From the IMG/VR virus record IMGVR_UViG_3300047472_000449: 64,000 nucleotides of DNA. The stretch is one strand, 5' to 3'. Source of the DNA: a virus. Position numbers and translations under genes: made by a program. Within the stretch, counting starts at the first letter, position 1; each line of letters begins with the position of its first letter. Below the pieces are notes generated by a model. The model saw only the letters and a program-made list of their open reading frames with translations. It searched no databases and was not told the DNA's origin. Positions 1-9,200 of the stretch are shown here, in pieces.

Positions 1-39
1 AGTATATCGCAACCACCCACGATTGTCAATGTCACTGAC
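1..39 (-). promoter_or_regulatory. sigma70 promoter + palindromic operator (gene lies left of the window)
   Basis: TTGACA-17-TATACT; GTCAATGTCACTGAC 25-39. Confidence 0.8.
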
Positions 40-45
40 GGTCGA

Positions 46-825
46 TTAGGCCGAAGTGGCACTTCCCACGCCAGCAGCTGTCATCTGGAGTACTCGCTTT
101 GGAATGACCAGCTTTTTGCCGACAGTGAGTGGAATTTCGCCAGTTATCTCGCAACCAAACACCCGCTGGCCCTTGAATGTCGGGTTCCCCATGAACACAA
201 CATGCCCCAGAATTGCATTATGGGGCGCGAGAATGCAGAGCTGAAGACCATCATCATCAACAAACCGAGGCGGGTTCGATTTAGACGGGTATCGGCCTGT
301 TCTGCAATACTCAACGTAGGCGGGATCGAAGTTAGGGTGTGTTGCCGCAGTCCAGGCAGAGTACCCCATGTCATCCCAGAGAGTTTTTGAAATTGCAATT
401 TCATCGCCTTTTTTAAGGCCATGGAAGTGATGATAGAAGTGAGGGTCTACATCATCATCCAACGGATCGTCCCAGCGCTCATCAACGACCTTCCAGATGT
501 CACCTTCCATAAACAAGGTATGAAACGTAGCATCGGCCCCCTCTCGGTTATCCCCCTTGAGCGCGGAGATTACGCGACCAAGGTAATCTTCAAGGCGCTC
601 TTCCTTCCCCGATGGATTTGCACACAGAGTGTCGTGTTGTTCAAACTCTGCTGGGTCAGGGAGCACAAGATTGAGAGCATCCTTGAGCACCTCAAACTCT
701 GGAACATCTGGGAATTTGAGTCGAACGACGCCACTCTGGTCGTCAACGATGGCATAGGTGTACGCGGCTGGGTCGCAGTTAACGCTGACGCGCTGCCCGT
801 TCGTTGTGACGAAATTTGCAGGCAT
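46..825 (-). CDS. hypothetical protein (259 aa)
   Basis: Long ORF directly downstream of a consensus promoter (861-899). Confidence 0.75.
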   Translation of the reverse strand: MPANFVTTNGQRVSVNCDPAAYTYAIVDDQSGVVRLKFPDVPEFEVLKDALNLVLPDPAEFEQHDTLCANPSGKEERLEDYLGRVISALKGDNREGADATFHTLFMEGDIWKVVDERWDDPLDDDVDPHFYHHFHGLKKGDEIAISKTLWDDMGYSAWTAATHPNFDPAYVEYCRTGRYPSKSNPPRFVDDDGLQLCILAPHNAILGHVVFMGNPTFKGQRVFGCEITGEIPLTVGKKLVIPKRVLQMTAAGVGSATSA

Positions 826-860
826 GGCAATTCCCTTGGATGTGTTGTCGAATAGAATAA

Positions 861-899
861 AGTATAGCTATCATCAATACGAATGTCAATGTGAATGAC
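861..899 (-). promoter_or_regulatory. sigma70 promoter + operator
   Basis: TTGACA-17-TATACT; GTCAATGTGAATGAC 885-899. Confidence 0.85.
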
Positions 900-929
900 G
901 GTAATGCTAGCAGCTATCACACAAGCAAT

Positions 930-955
930 AAAAAGCCAGCGCAAGGCTGGCTTTT
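930..955. terminator. intrinsic terminator (bidirectional-type)
   Basis: AAAAAGCCAGC-GCAA-GGCTGGCTTTT. Confidence 0.75.
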
Positions 956-978
956 GTCAGGAGGCAACTCCCGGCCTG

Positions 979-1179
979 TCAGGCCTCGCCAGTCAACTCT
1001 GGGTAAGTGGCGTAGGTCGAGGCGCTGGACTCACCCGTTTTGTCGAGGATATCCGCCACAAAGCCTTCGTCCTCGGCTTTGATCTGGATGCTTCCAGGCT
1101 TGTCCTTGTGGGTGGCGTACAGGTACTGGCCGTCGTCACTCACCGATACTGTCCAGCCCTTCAGGTCGTTTTGACTCAT
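979..1179 (-). CDS. small acidic hypothetical protein (66 aa)
   Basis: ORF with RBS, followed by terminator 930-955. Confidence 0.7.
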   Translation of the reverse strand: MSQNDLKGWTVSVSDDGQYLYATHKDKPGSIQIKAEDEGFVADILDKTGESSASTYATYPELTGEA

Positions 1180-1243
1180 GTCTTGCTCCTCGATTGGATT
1201 CTTTTCCTGCGGGCCTCTGGAGGCCCGCCGACGCTGGGGGAAG

Positions 1244-1759
1244 TTACAGGGGAGTGAGGTCGCGAACCCTGACCACTTCCTTCAGGTTGGTGTAGTTGAC
1301 CAGCTCGACGCGGGCCAGCGCATCGCCTTGGCTGGGCATGTAGATCGAACGATCTTTAACGATTTCATCAAAAGAACGCCCAGCGTCCGCCATGGTTTGC
1401 AGGCGAGGCATTTTTTCCAGCGAAGGATAATCCTCAGATCTGCCGAGGAAGTAGCGGTAACCGTAAACCGTGTGAATCACAACCGTCCATTCACACGACT
1501 CGATGTCGTCGAACGTCGAAGCGGGGATATCCTGGACAAGCCGCTGGGCCTTTTCGAGCGTCAGCTCTGTGATGACCTTCCAGGGTTGAACTTGCTTGCG
1601 GTCAGACAAGCGAAACACCCGCCAATCGCGCTGATTGCCATCAAACTGCATGTGATGACTCAGGTGTTCCATCACGGCCACCTGCTGACCATTGAACAGG
1701 ACTTTGCAGGCCAGAGTGTTGGGTTTGGAGGTGGGCAGGTCTTCGAAGGTATACGGCAT
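1244..1759 (-). CDS. hypothetical protein (171 aa)
   Basis: GGAG RBS before ATG at 1759; promoter 1794-1832. Confidence 0.75.
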   Translation of the reverse strand: MPYTFEDLPTSKPNTLACKVLFNGQQVAVMEHLSHHMQFDGNQRDWRVFRLSDRKQVQPWKVITELTLEKAQRLVQDIPASTFDDIESCEWTVVIHTVYGYRYFLGRSEDYPSLEKMPRLQTMADAGRSFDEIVKDRSIYMPSQGDALARVELVNYTNLKEVVRVRDLTPL

Positions 1760-1793
1760 TACAATCTCCTTGGAGATCATTTTCGATGTGATT

Positions 1794-1832
1794 ATTATAG
1801 CCAGTTAAAGCGCCAGAGTCAACCACATTGAC
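1794..1832 (-). promoter_or_regulatory. sigma70 promoter + operator
   Basis: TTGACT-17-TATAAT; GTCAACCACATTGAC 1818-1832. Confidence 0.85.
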
Positions 1833-1914
1833 AGAAAATCACGGTTTAACGTCGCTTTCCATGATTGATTTTGGTAGGATGTGATAATAAATAATAAAAA
1901 GAGGGTAAACCCCC

Positions 1915-2274
1915 ATGGATCTATTTTTCTATGCTGCCATTCGATTTTTAACGCGCTTATACACCTACGATACATCGATGTTCTGGACTGCCGTCGCGGC
2001 GCTATTGATAGGCGGGGGGTCGATTTTGACCCTGATTCTTGTTGTCTGCAAACGTAAGGCCGATCAGCGCAAGTTAGCTGCCTGGGTGCAGGAGAAACAA
2101 ACAAAGGGCCGCAAGAATTTTGAGGCTGATTCTTCTAAATCCAACAACTCTTATCGTTCCAATTGCCAATCAGCGCATTTCCTTGATCTGTTTTCCAGGC
2201 AATGGACTCAAGAGGAACGTGAATCCGTGGCGCTTTCGCCTCAAGCTCGGTCGCGCAATGACGCTAATTCGTAG
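1915..2274 (+). CDS. putative membrane protein (119 aa)
   Basis: Hydrophobic segment FWTAVAALLIGGGSILTLILVVC; GAGG RBS; AT-rich. Confidence 0.55.
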   Translation: MDLFFYAAIRFLTRLYTYDTSMFWTAVAALLIGGGSILTLILVVCKRKADQRKLAAWVQEKQTKGRKNFEADSSKSNNSYRSNCQSAHFLDLFSRQWTQEERESVALSPQARSRNDANS

Positions 2275-2296
2275 TTAAACACGATTTATCCGTCGA

Positions 2297-2458
2297 TTAC
2301 TTTCGTTGACCATAAGGGCCGCGTAGCTTGTTGTGCTTGGGTGGACGAGCCAGCTCACGCTTTTTCTTCATTTTGGCGTCTTCGATCTGACTCTCTTTAC
2401 GTCGCTCAAGGTAATCCTGCGCTTCCCGTCTACGGCGTTCGTCAAAGCTGTCATGCAT
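2297..2458 (-). CDS. small highly charged protein (53 aa, MHDSFDERRRREAQDYLERRK...)
   Basis: Manual translation; below the ORF-track cutoff; abuts the upstream gene. Confidence 0.5.
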   Translation of the reverse strand: MHDSFDERRRREAQDYLERRKESQIEDAKMKKKRELARPPKHNKLRGPYGQRK

Positions 2459-2473
2459 CATAAACATGGCTCA

Positions 2474-2758
2474 TTACTCCGCAGGGTGAAAGTGGTTCCA
2501 TTCAGCGCGCTCACGGGCTTTATCAGCCAATGCATCCATTTCTGCGCCACAGTCCAGGCATTCTTGCTCGGGGATATCGTGCTTGCAGTAGCGCGGCTCA
2601 TCGGCATCACACAGGGCTTGCCATTCACGATCTTCACGGTCGATGCAAGGCTCGCAATCCTCCGGATCAATGCCGTGCTTGCACTTTGGGCGAGGATTGC
2701 AGGTTTCGCACTCGTTGATGTCCTTGCCGTGGCCGCAGTCGTATTCAGGATCAATCAT
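2474..2758 (-). CDS. Cys/His-repeat small protein (94 aa), putative metal-binding
   Basis: Three C-x-H-x6-C-x2-C repeats. Confidence 0.7.
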   Translation of the reverse strand: MIDPEYDCGHGKDINECETCNPRPKCKHGIDPEDCEPCIDREDREWQALCDADEPRYCKHDIPEQECLDCGAEMDALADKARERAEWNHFHPAE

Positions 2759-2768
2759 TTACAGACTC

Positions 2769-3167
2769 CTAGTCTCGAATGTCGTTGAGGTCTTTGCCTT
2801 CCAGTTCCCATTCTTCAATGGTTGCAAGGTCGTACCGGTCAATCAGGAAAGCTCGATGTTCCTGATAACGCACCTTCGCGAACTCATCACGCGAAAGGAA
2901 CAGGTGTTTACCCTGCTCGTTCAGAACATGTTCGATGCTTGTTCCCCACGTGTGCTGGACGGGAGAGTCGTGGTACGTTTCGCCCTCGCCCGCAATAATG
3001 GACTCGCCTACTTCGCGGATCACCAGCTCACCGAGAATATCCACGATTTCATACAGGGTATTAGGTTTGAAGGGGTTGTTCTTGAGCGCGGCACCGAGAA
3101 TCAGCCCATCATTCGGGCCAGAGCCCCGATGAATGAAACGTCCTACCGCTTTGGTTGTGCCGGACAT
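2769..3167 (-). CDS. hypothetical protein (132 aa)
   Basis: Tightly packed co-oriented ORF with RBS. Confidence 0.7.
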   Translation of the reverse strand: MSGTTKAVGRFIHRGSGPNDGLILGAALKNNPFKPNTLYEIVDILGELVIREVGESIIAGEGETYHDSPVQHTWGTSIEHVLNEQGKHLFLSRDEFAKVRYQEHRAFLIDRYDLATIEEWELEGKDLNDIRD

Positions 3168-3175
3168 GTTGAGCC

Positions 3176-3451
3176 TCAGTGAACAATTTTGGGGATGACA
3201 CGAACAATCTCGCCACCAAAGGCGCCGAAGCTTGCAAGGCGTTCACGGTCGTGCTCAAAGGGTGGCTTGAAGAAGTCGGCGTACACGGTGTCTTCATCCA
3301 TTTTCAGCACCATTGTGTCCGGCAGTGGGGCTCGGTTTTCGCGAATGGCGACGACCGTGCCGTTACCTTTGGTGCCGTGACGGCTATGGACTTCTACGTA
3401 ATCGTTGACGCGTATCACGCGGCCATCCATCGATTCAAAGCTGTTAACCAT
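3176..3451 (-). CDS. hypothetical protein (91 aa)
   Basis: Co-oriented ORF with AGGA RBS. Confidence 0.7.
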   Translation of the reverse strand: MVNSFESMDGRVIRVNDYVEVHSRHGTKGNGTVVAIRENRAPLPDTMVLKMDEDTVYADFFKPPFEHDRERLASFGAFGGEIVRVIPKIVH

Positions 3452-3529
3452 GTTCTGTCCTGAAAATATCTAGGGCTCTGTGGTGGACTGTAACAGGGTC
3501 GGAGGGCTTGCGCCCTCCTCCGTCGTTGA

Positions 3530-4219
3530 TCAGGCCACCTCAGCCTTTTTGGCGGCATCCAGCTGCGCGATATGGAACTTGATGGCGTTCAGTTGCAGGT
3601 GCAGCACCGACTTCATCAGCTCGTACAACGCGTTTTGTTCAGGGAACAGGCGCTTGGCTTTCTTGAGCATCGGAAAGTAGTACTTTTCAGTTTCTTCCAC
3701 GTACTCACGCAGTTTGGCTTCGCTGAACACGCCCAGCATGGTCGAGAGGTTGTGCAGGCGATCAATCAGCTTCACGATGGAGCAGATGATGCACAGCGCC
3801 ACTTCGTCGATGTATTCCTGCGTGTTCAGTTTCACGCCCCGGCGAATTTTGCTGGAGCGGATGACGTACTCGATCAGCTCAGCGAACTTTTGACGAATTT
3901 CGTCTTCCAGGTGCTGATTGTCTTCGTAGGTGTCATGCAACAACAGCGTACCGATGATCGTAGCGGCGTGCGTCATGTTGGGGGCCTGGGCCTGGGTCGG
4001 CGCAAAACGCATGTTGCGGATCTGGGTCAGCGCAAATCCTACCAGACTCAGCTGGTGGTAAAACTCTGGAGTTACACCGTCCTTGCGAAAGCCGGTGTGG
4101 ATCTCGCTGGCGTAATCGAGGGCGCGTACGCACGTCAGGTACGATTCATCGATCTGAGCCATGCCAAGCAGTTGAGCGCGGATGGTCAGTTTCAGTTTGT
4201 CGAACTCAGTGGTGTTCAT
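3530..4219 (-). CDS. stand-alone RelA/SpoT-type HD-domain hydrolase (small alarmone hydrolase/Mesh1-like)
   Basis: Motifs H-x-G-x-RKDG..P..H, LLHDTYED and VKLIDRLHNL; no synthetase domain. Confidence 0.85.
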   Translation of the reverse strand: MNTTEFDKLKLTIRAQLLGMAQIDESYLTCVRALDYASEIHTGFRKDGVTPEFYHQLSLVGFALTQIRNMRFAPTQAQAPNMTHAATIIGTLLLHDTYEDNQHLEDEIRQKFAELIEYVIRSSKIRRGVKLNTQEYIDEVALCIICSIVKLIDRLHNLSTMLGVFSEAKLREYVEETEKYYFPMLKKAKRLFPEQNALYELMKSVLHLQLNAIKFHIAQLDAAKKAEVA

Positions 4220-4243
4220 ACGCTTCCCCTTGTTTGAGCCTTC

Positions 4244-4272
4244 ATTCTAACCATTGTCAGCAATATTGTCAA
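4244..4272 (-). promoter_or_regulatory. sigma70 promoter, no second half-site
   Basis: TTGACA-17-TAGAAT. Confidence 0.7.
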
Positions 4273-4328
4273 TTCTATTCGTCAATAATAACACTGAAAC
4301 AAAATGACCGGCGTAGTTTTCAGCCAAT

Positions 4329-4357
4329 AAAAAACCCCGGCTTTCCGGGGTCTTTTA
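4329..4357. terminator. intrinsic terminator
   Basis: AAAAAACCCCGG-CTTT-CCGGGGTCTTTT. Confidence 0.75.
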
Positions 4358-4367
4358 TTATTCGTTG

Positions 4368-5984
4368 TTACATTTTGCAGAGTTGCCAGATGGTGTTTGC
4401 AGAAACCACGGCACCCCGGTAGTAGGTTGCACCACCATAAGTCATCTGTGTATCTTGCCCTTGTCTGGTGTAAACCACAGAGCCGTTCAAATAGACGATG
4501 GTGTGCATGTTGTGATCCATCAACATCTGATACGTCCACTGGGTATTACCGGCGACATATTGGCAGGTGCTTTTTGTTCCTGTTGCTTGCTGCGTCACGT
4601 ACTGATTGGCCAGAGTTTGCGTTTCTGTCCTGTACGGCACAGCAGGGTCAGGCACCCATCCGCCGTTGTAGGTGTACCCTGCTGCGCCACGTTGTTGGTT
4701 GATGTAGCAATAGGCCGCTTGTGTAAACACGGTTCCAGCATTCACGGTTGAAACATCTGGGCTCCACGCCGAACAGCTGTAATAGCCGCTGGAGTTTGCC
4801 CAAGCTGTGAAGTCCATCAGGTAGGTTCTGGTGGTGGGCTGGCTACCAAGTGTCTGGCTTTCAGCGACAGGCACACCCACATTGCGGATGGCACCTGTGT
4901 AGGTTTCAGACTCGCGATCCTGACGGGTGCGGCTCTGATTGACGGAGCAATAGGCTGTTTGATTGAACTGCGTAGCCGTTGTGTAAGCGGCTGGTGACGG
5001 CGAATAAGTGCCGCAGCCGTAAAGTCCTGACGAGTTGGCCCAGGCCGTATAAACCGGCGAGGTCGCGACCCATGTTTCCATCGTGCCGGTGGCATCCTGG
5101 CTATTGCCCTGATTGGTCAGTGTGCGGTTTTCATTAGCTACCCCCACCGACACAACCTGATTGGTCAGGTGGTCTTTGTACGATTCGGCGCGGGTGCGTG
5201 TCTGGTTCAATTGGCAGTCAGTGGCAGTCTGCGTGAACTTCAGTCCTTTGCCGACAGTTTCAACAGCGGGTGACCAGTTGGCGCATTGGTACGCCCCGCC
5301 TACCGCAGTCCAGTCGCCCAGTGTAACCGTGTAGGGTCGGGTGGCGGTCTGACTGTTCAGGGTCTGCTGTTCTGTTACTGATGCGCCATTGTTGCGAATT
5401 TCCGACGTGAATTTCTCCTGTTCGCGCTCCTGGCGCTGGCGCTCCTGATCGGTTTTACAGGTGCTGGATGTCTGAGTGAAATTGGTCGTTGCGGTGTATG
5501 TCGAAGGGTTTGGCGACCATGCTGTACAGCCGTACAGAGGGTTGGTGTCGATCCAGCTGGTATAGGTCGGTGCAATACCCAGCCAGTTTTCTAGAATACC
5601 GACTGCATCGCGTGTCGCTGACACGGTGATGGTGCGTTTAATGGTGTAGCGTGGCCCGTCTTTGACTTCTTGATTATTAATATTGTTGACACGGTAATTC
5701 TGGGCGCCCTTTTCCTGATTTTGTTGGCAGTCAGTGGCGGTTTGAATAAAGGACACGCCCTTGCCCTGAGAGGCAGTGGACGGTGACCAGTTTGAGCAAC
5801 CGTATTCGTCGCCAACATCCTCCCAATTGTCTTCATACTTGGTGATTCCCTTCCAGTTGGGCGGGACTTGTGAGGAAACTAGGGTGTAATTGTAGCGGAA
5901 ATTTCCCTGATGCTCTGTTTCTGCATAAGCGCCTGTGGCTGTAGTAGCCACGAGTAAGGCGAGTGCTAGGGTGATTCTTTTCAT
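4368..5984 (-). CDS. secreted repeat protein with 5 TSR-like W..C..WSP..TQT..C..QxRxR modules (538 aa), putative adhesin
   Basis: Sec signal peptide (AYA cleavage); repeats countable in the translation; paralogue of 6241-9411. Confidence 0.8.
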   Translation of the reverse strand: MKRITLALALLVATTATGAYAETEHQGNFRYNYTLVSSQVPPNWKGITKYEDNWEDVGDEYGCSNWSPSTASQGKGVSFIQTATDCQQNQEKGAQNYRVNNINNQEVKDGPRYTIKRTITVSATRDAVGILENWLGIAPTYTSWIDTNPLYGCTAWSPNPSTYTATTNFTQTSSTCKTDQERQRQEREQEKFTSEIRNNGASVTEQQTLNSQTATRPYTVTLGDWTAVGGAYQCANWSPAVETVGKGLKFTQTATDCQLNQTRTRAESYKDHLTNQVVSVGVANENRTLTNQGNSQDATGTMETWVATSPVYTAWANSSGLYGCGTYSPSPAAYTTATQFNQTAYCSVNQSRTRQDRESETYTGAIRNVGVPVAESQTLGSQPTTRTYLMDFTAWANSSGYYSCSAWSPDVSTVNAGTVFTQAAYCYINQQRGAAGYTYNGGWVPDPAVPYRTETQTLANQYVTQQATGTKSTCQYVAGNTQWTYQMLMDHNMHTIVYLNGSVVYTRQGQDTQMTYGGATYYRGAVVSANTIWQLCKM

Positions 5985-6200
5985 GGCTTACCTTTAGTGT
6001 TAAGCAAAACTTTTGGTATACCAATAATATCATGCAAATGTTGTTGATTTAATGCCGATACTGGCTTTCTATTGACTGTTTTTTAAATATCTGCTCGCAA
6101 AGACAAATATCTGAAGATAATCAATAAATTATCGTAAAACGATAATAAATAAATAACTAGAAGTTTTGCTTAATTAATTGGTGCTGCCGATGTTCGTAAT

Positions 6201-6227
6201 AAAAACCCCCGGTATTCCGGGGGTTTT
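6201..6227. terminator. intrinsic terminator
   Basis: AAAAACCCCCGG-TATT-CCGGGGGTTTT. Confidence 0.8.
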
Positions 6228-6240
6228 GATTGAATCACCT

Positions 6241-9200
6241 TTATCCTCTGCACACTTGGTAAAGGTTGGTGGATACCATGGCGCCTCGTTTGTAGACAAC
6301 ACCGTTGTAGGTGTATGAAGTGACTTGGTTGGCGAGCCCGGCCTGAAACTGAACGCCGTCCCACATAACCATGTTGAGCACGGTGACATGATCCATCATC
6401 TGCACAAAACCCCACTTGTTGTTTGCGTCATATCTGCACACAGTCGTTGGTCGAGTGCCGTAAGCCGTGTTGTAGATCGGTTGACCACTGTAGGCAACCG
6501 TTTCCGTTCTGTAAGGCACTGCCGGGTCAGGAACCCATCCGCCATTATAAATATAGCCCGCTGCACCACGCTGCTGATTCCGGTAGCAATAAGCGGTCTG
6601 GGTGAAGGCTACGCCTGAGTCGTAGGTGGATGGATCTGGGCTCCATCCGCTGCACGAATAGTAGTCGCCTGCCCACGCCCACGCGTTAAAGTCCATCAGG
6701 TACGTTCTGTAGGCCGGTTGACCTCCAATCGTTTGGCTTTCCGCTACCGGTGCGCCGACGTTGCGAATAGCACCCGTAGTGGTTTCATACTGACGATCCT
6801 GACGATTGCGGCTCTGGTTCACGTAGCAATAGGCCGTTTGAGTGAACTGCGTTGGTACGGTGTAGGCACTTGGATCGGGTGAATAGGCGCCACAGCTGTA
6901 CAGGCCCGAAGAGTTAGCCCAAGCGGTGTACGTTGGTGTGGTGGCTGCCCACGTTTCCTTGGTTCCAGTGGCTGCACGGGTACTCGACTGAGAGGCGATG
7001 ACGCGACCTTCAGATCTGTAGGTACTCTCTGGGTCTTGCAGGAAGTTACCATTCACCAGGATGTAACCTAGGCGTCCGCGCTGCTGGTTTCTGGAGCAGT
7101 TGGTGGCTGTCTGGGTGAATCCTGTTCCTACTGTGACCGTAGCTGGATCGGGTGACCAGTTGGTGCAGTTGTAGGCATCGCCGTTCCAAGCCCAGGCGTT
7201 GAAATCCTCCAGGTAGGTGCGGGTGTTGGTCTGACCTGCGACCGTTTGTGTCTCGACAACCGGAGAGCCACTGTTGCGAATGGCATTGGTGGTGGTTTCC
7301 GTTTCACGGTTCTGTTTACTGCGCGTTTGATCCGCAGTGCAATTGGTCGCAGTCTGAGTGAATTGGGTTCTCTCAGTGAAGCTGCTTGGCAACGGCGTCC
7401 AGTTCGAGCAGTTATACGGCGCTGCTACGTTGGCCCAAGCGGTGTAGCTCGGCGTGGTAGCAACCCATGTTTCCTTCACGCCAGTGGCGCCTTGGGTACT
7501 GGTTTGGCCGGTCAGTGTTTGCGCTTCGCCAGCCACCGTCACAGGTACGGTCGAACCGGTTTTGTGATCCACATAAGATTCAGCACGCGTGCGCGTTTGA
7601 TCCTGTTTGCAGTCGGTGGCGGTTTGAGTGAAAGCTTGACCCACAGTCACGGTGGTTGGCGAAGGTGACCAGTTCGAGCAGGCGTATTTAGCGCCGTTGT
7701 TCGTCCATGAGCCCAAGGTGACTGTGTAGGTGCGCGTGGCCGACTGAGCGGTCAGGGTTTGCGCTTCGCCCACAACTGAGCCCTTGTCACGGATGGCCAA
7801 GGTGGTGGTTTCCTGCTCGCGATCCTGGCGATTGCGCGTCTGATCGGTTTTGCAGTCGGTGGCGGTTTGAGTGAAAGAACCTGTCGCCGTTTTGCTGGAG
7901 CCTGCTGGTGACCAGTTGCTGCACGCGTACTGACCGTTGGTGGTTGTCCACGCGGTGTACGTTGGGGTGGTTGCCATCCAAGTTTCTTTGGTGCCAGTTG
8001 CGGTCTGGGTGCTGGTCTGATTGCTCAGCGTCTGGCTTTCAACCGTGTTGCCCGCCGCAACCACTGAACCGGTCTTATGATCGACATAGGACTCGGCGCG
8101 AGGGCGTTTTTGATCCTGTTTGCAGTCGGTAGCAGTCTGAGTAAAGCTCTGGCCAATGGTGACGGTAGCAGGTGCCGGTGACCAGTTCACACAAGCGTAT
8201 TTTGCGCCATTGTCCGCCCACGCGCCCAGGGTCACGGTGTAGCTGCGTGAAGCTGATTGACCGGTGAGGGTCTGTGCTTCTGCAACCGGAACGCCCTTGT
8301 TGCGGATCTCGCTGGTGTTCTGCTCCATTTCACGATCCTGACGCGTGCGCGCCTGATCGGTGGTGCAGTTGGTCGCGGTCTGTGTGAAGGTGCTAGTGCT
8401 GGTTTTAATCACCGGGTTCGGTGCCCAGTTGGTGCAAGCATTTTTCGCACTGGTATCGACCCAGGCGGTGTAGGTTGGCGTCGTGGCCATCCACTGCTCA
8501 AGCGTACCGGTCGATTCCTGACTGCTGGCCTGACTGGTCAGCGTGCGGTTCTCGTTGGGTTTTGCCACTTGAACAATCTGATTGGTCTGATGGTCTTTGA
8601 ACGACTCAGCGCGGGAGCGAGTTTGATCCAGTTTGCAGTCGGTAGCGTTCTGGGTGAACTTGATGCCTTTGCCGATGGTGGTCACGGCTGGCGACCAGTT
8701 GGTGCAGGCATAGGTTTCGCCCACCGCTGTCCAGCCACCCAAGGCGACCGAATACGGTCGAGTGGCCGTTTGACCTGTCTTGGTTTGCTGTTCGGTGATC
8801 GGCCCGCCACTGTCACGGATTTCCGACGTGAATTTCTCTTGTTCACGTTCCTGGCGCTGGCGCTCTTGGTCTGTTTTGCAGGTGGTGGAGGTTTGCGTGA
8901 AATTGCTTGTGGTGGTGAAGGTCGAAGGGTTCGGTGACCATGCCGTACAGCCGTACAGCGGGTTAGTGTCGATCCAACTGGTGTAGGTCGGCGTAATGCC
9001 TAGCCAGTTTTCCAGAATGCCAATGGCATCGCGTGTGGAGGAAACAGTGACGGTCTGTTTGATCGTATAGCGAGGCCCGTCTTTAACTTCCTCGTGAGTG
9101 ATGTTGTTGACGCTGTAATTCTGTGCGCCCTTTTCCTGATCCTGATGGCAGTCTGTCGCGGTTTGAATAAAAGCGACACCCTTGCCCTGTGTGGACGTTG

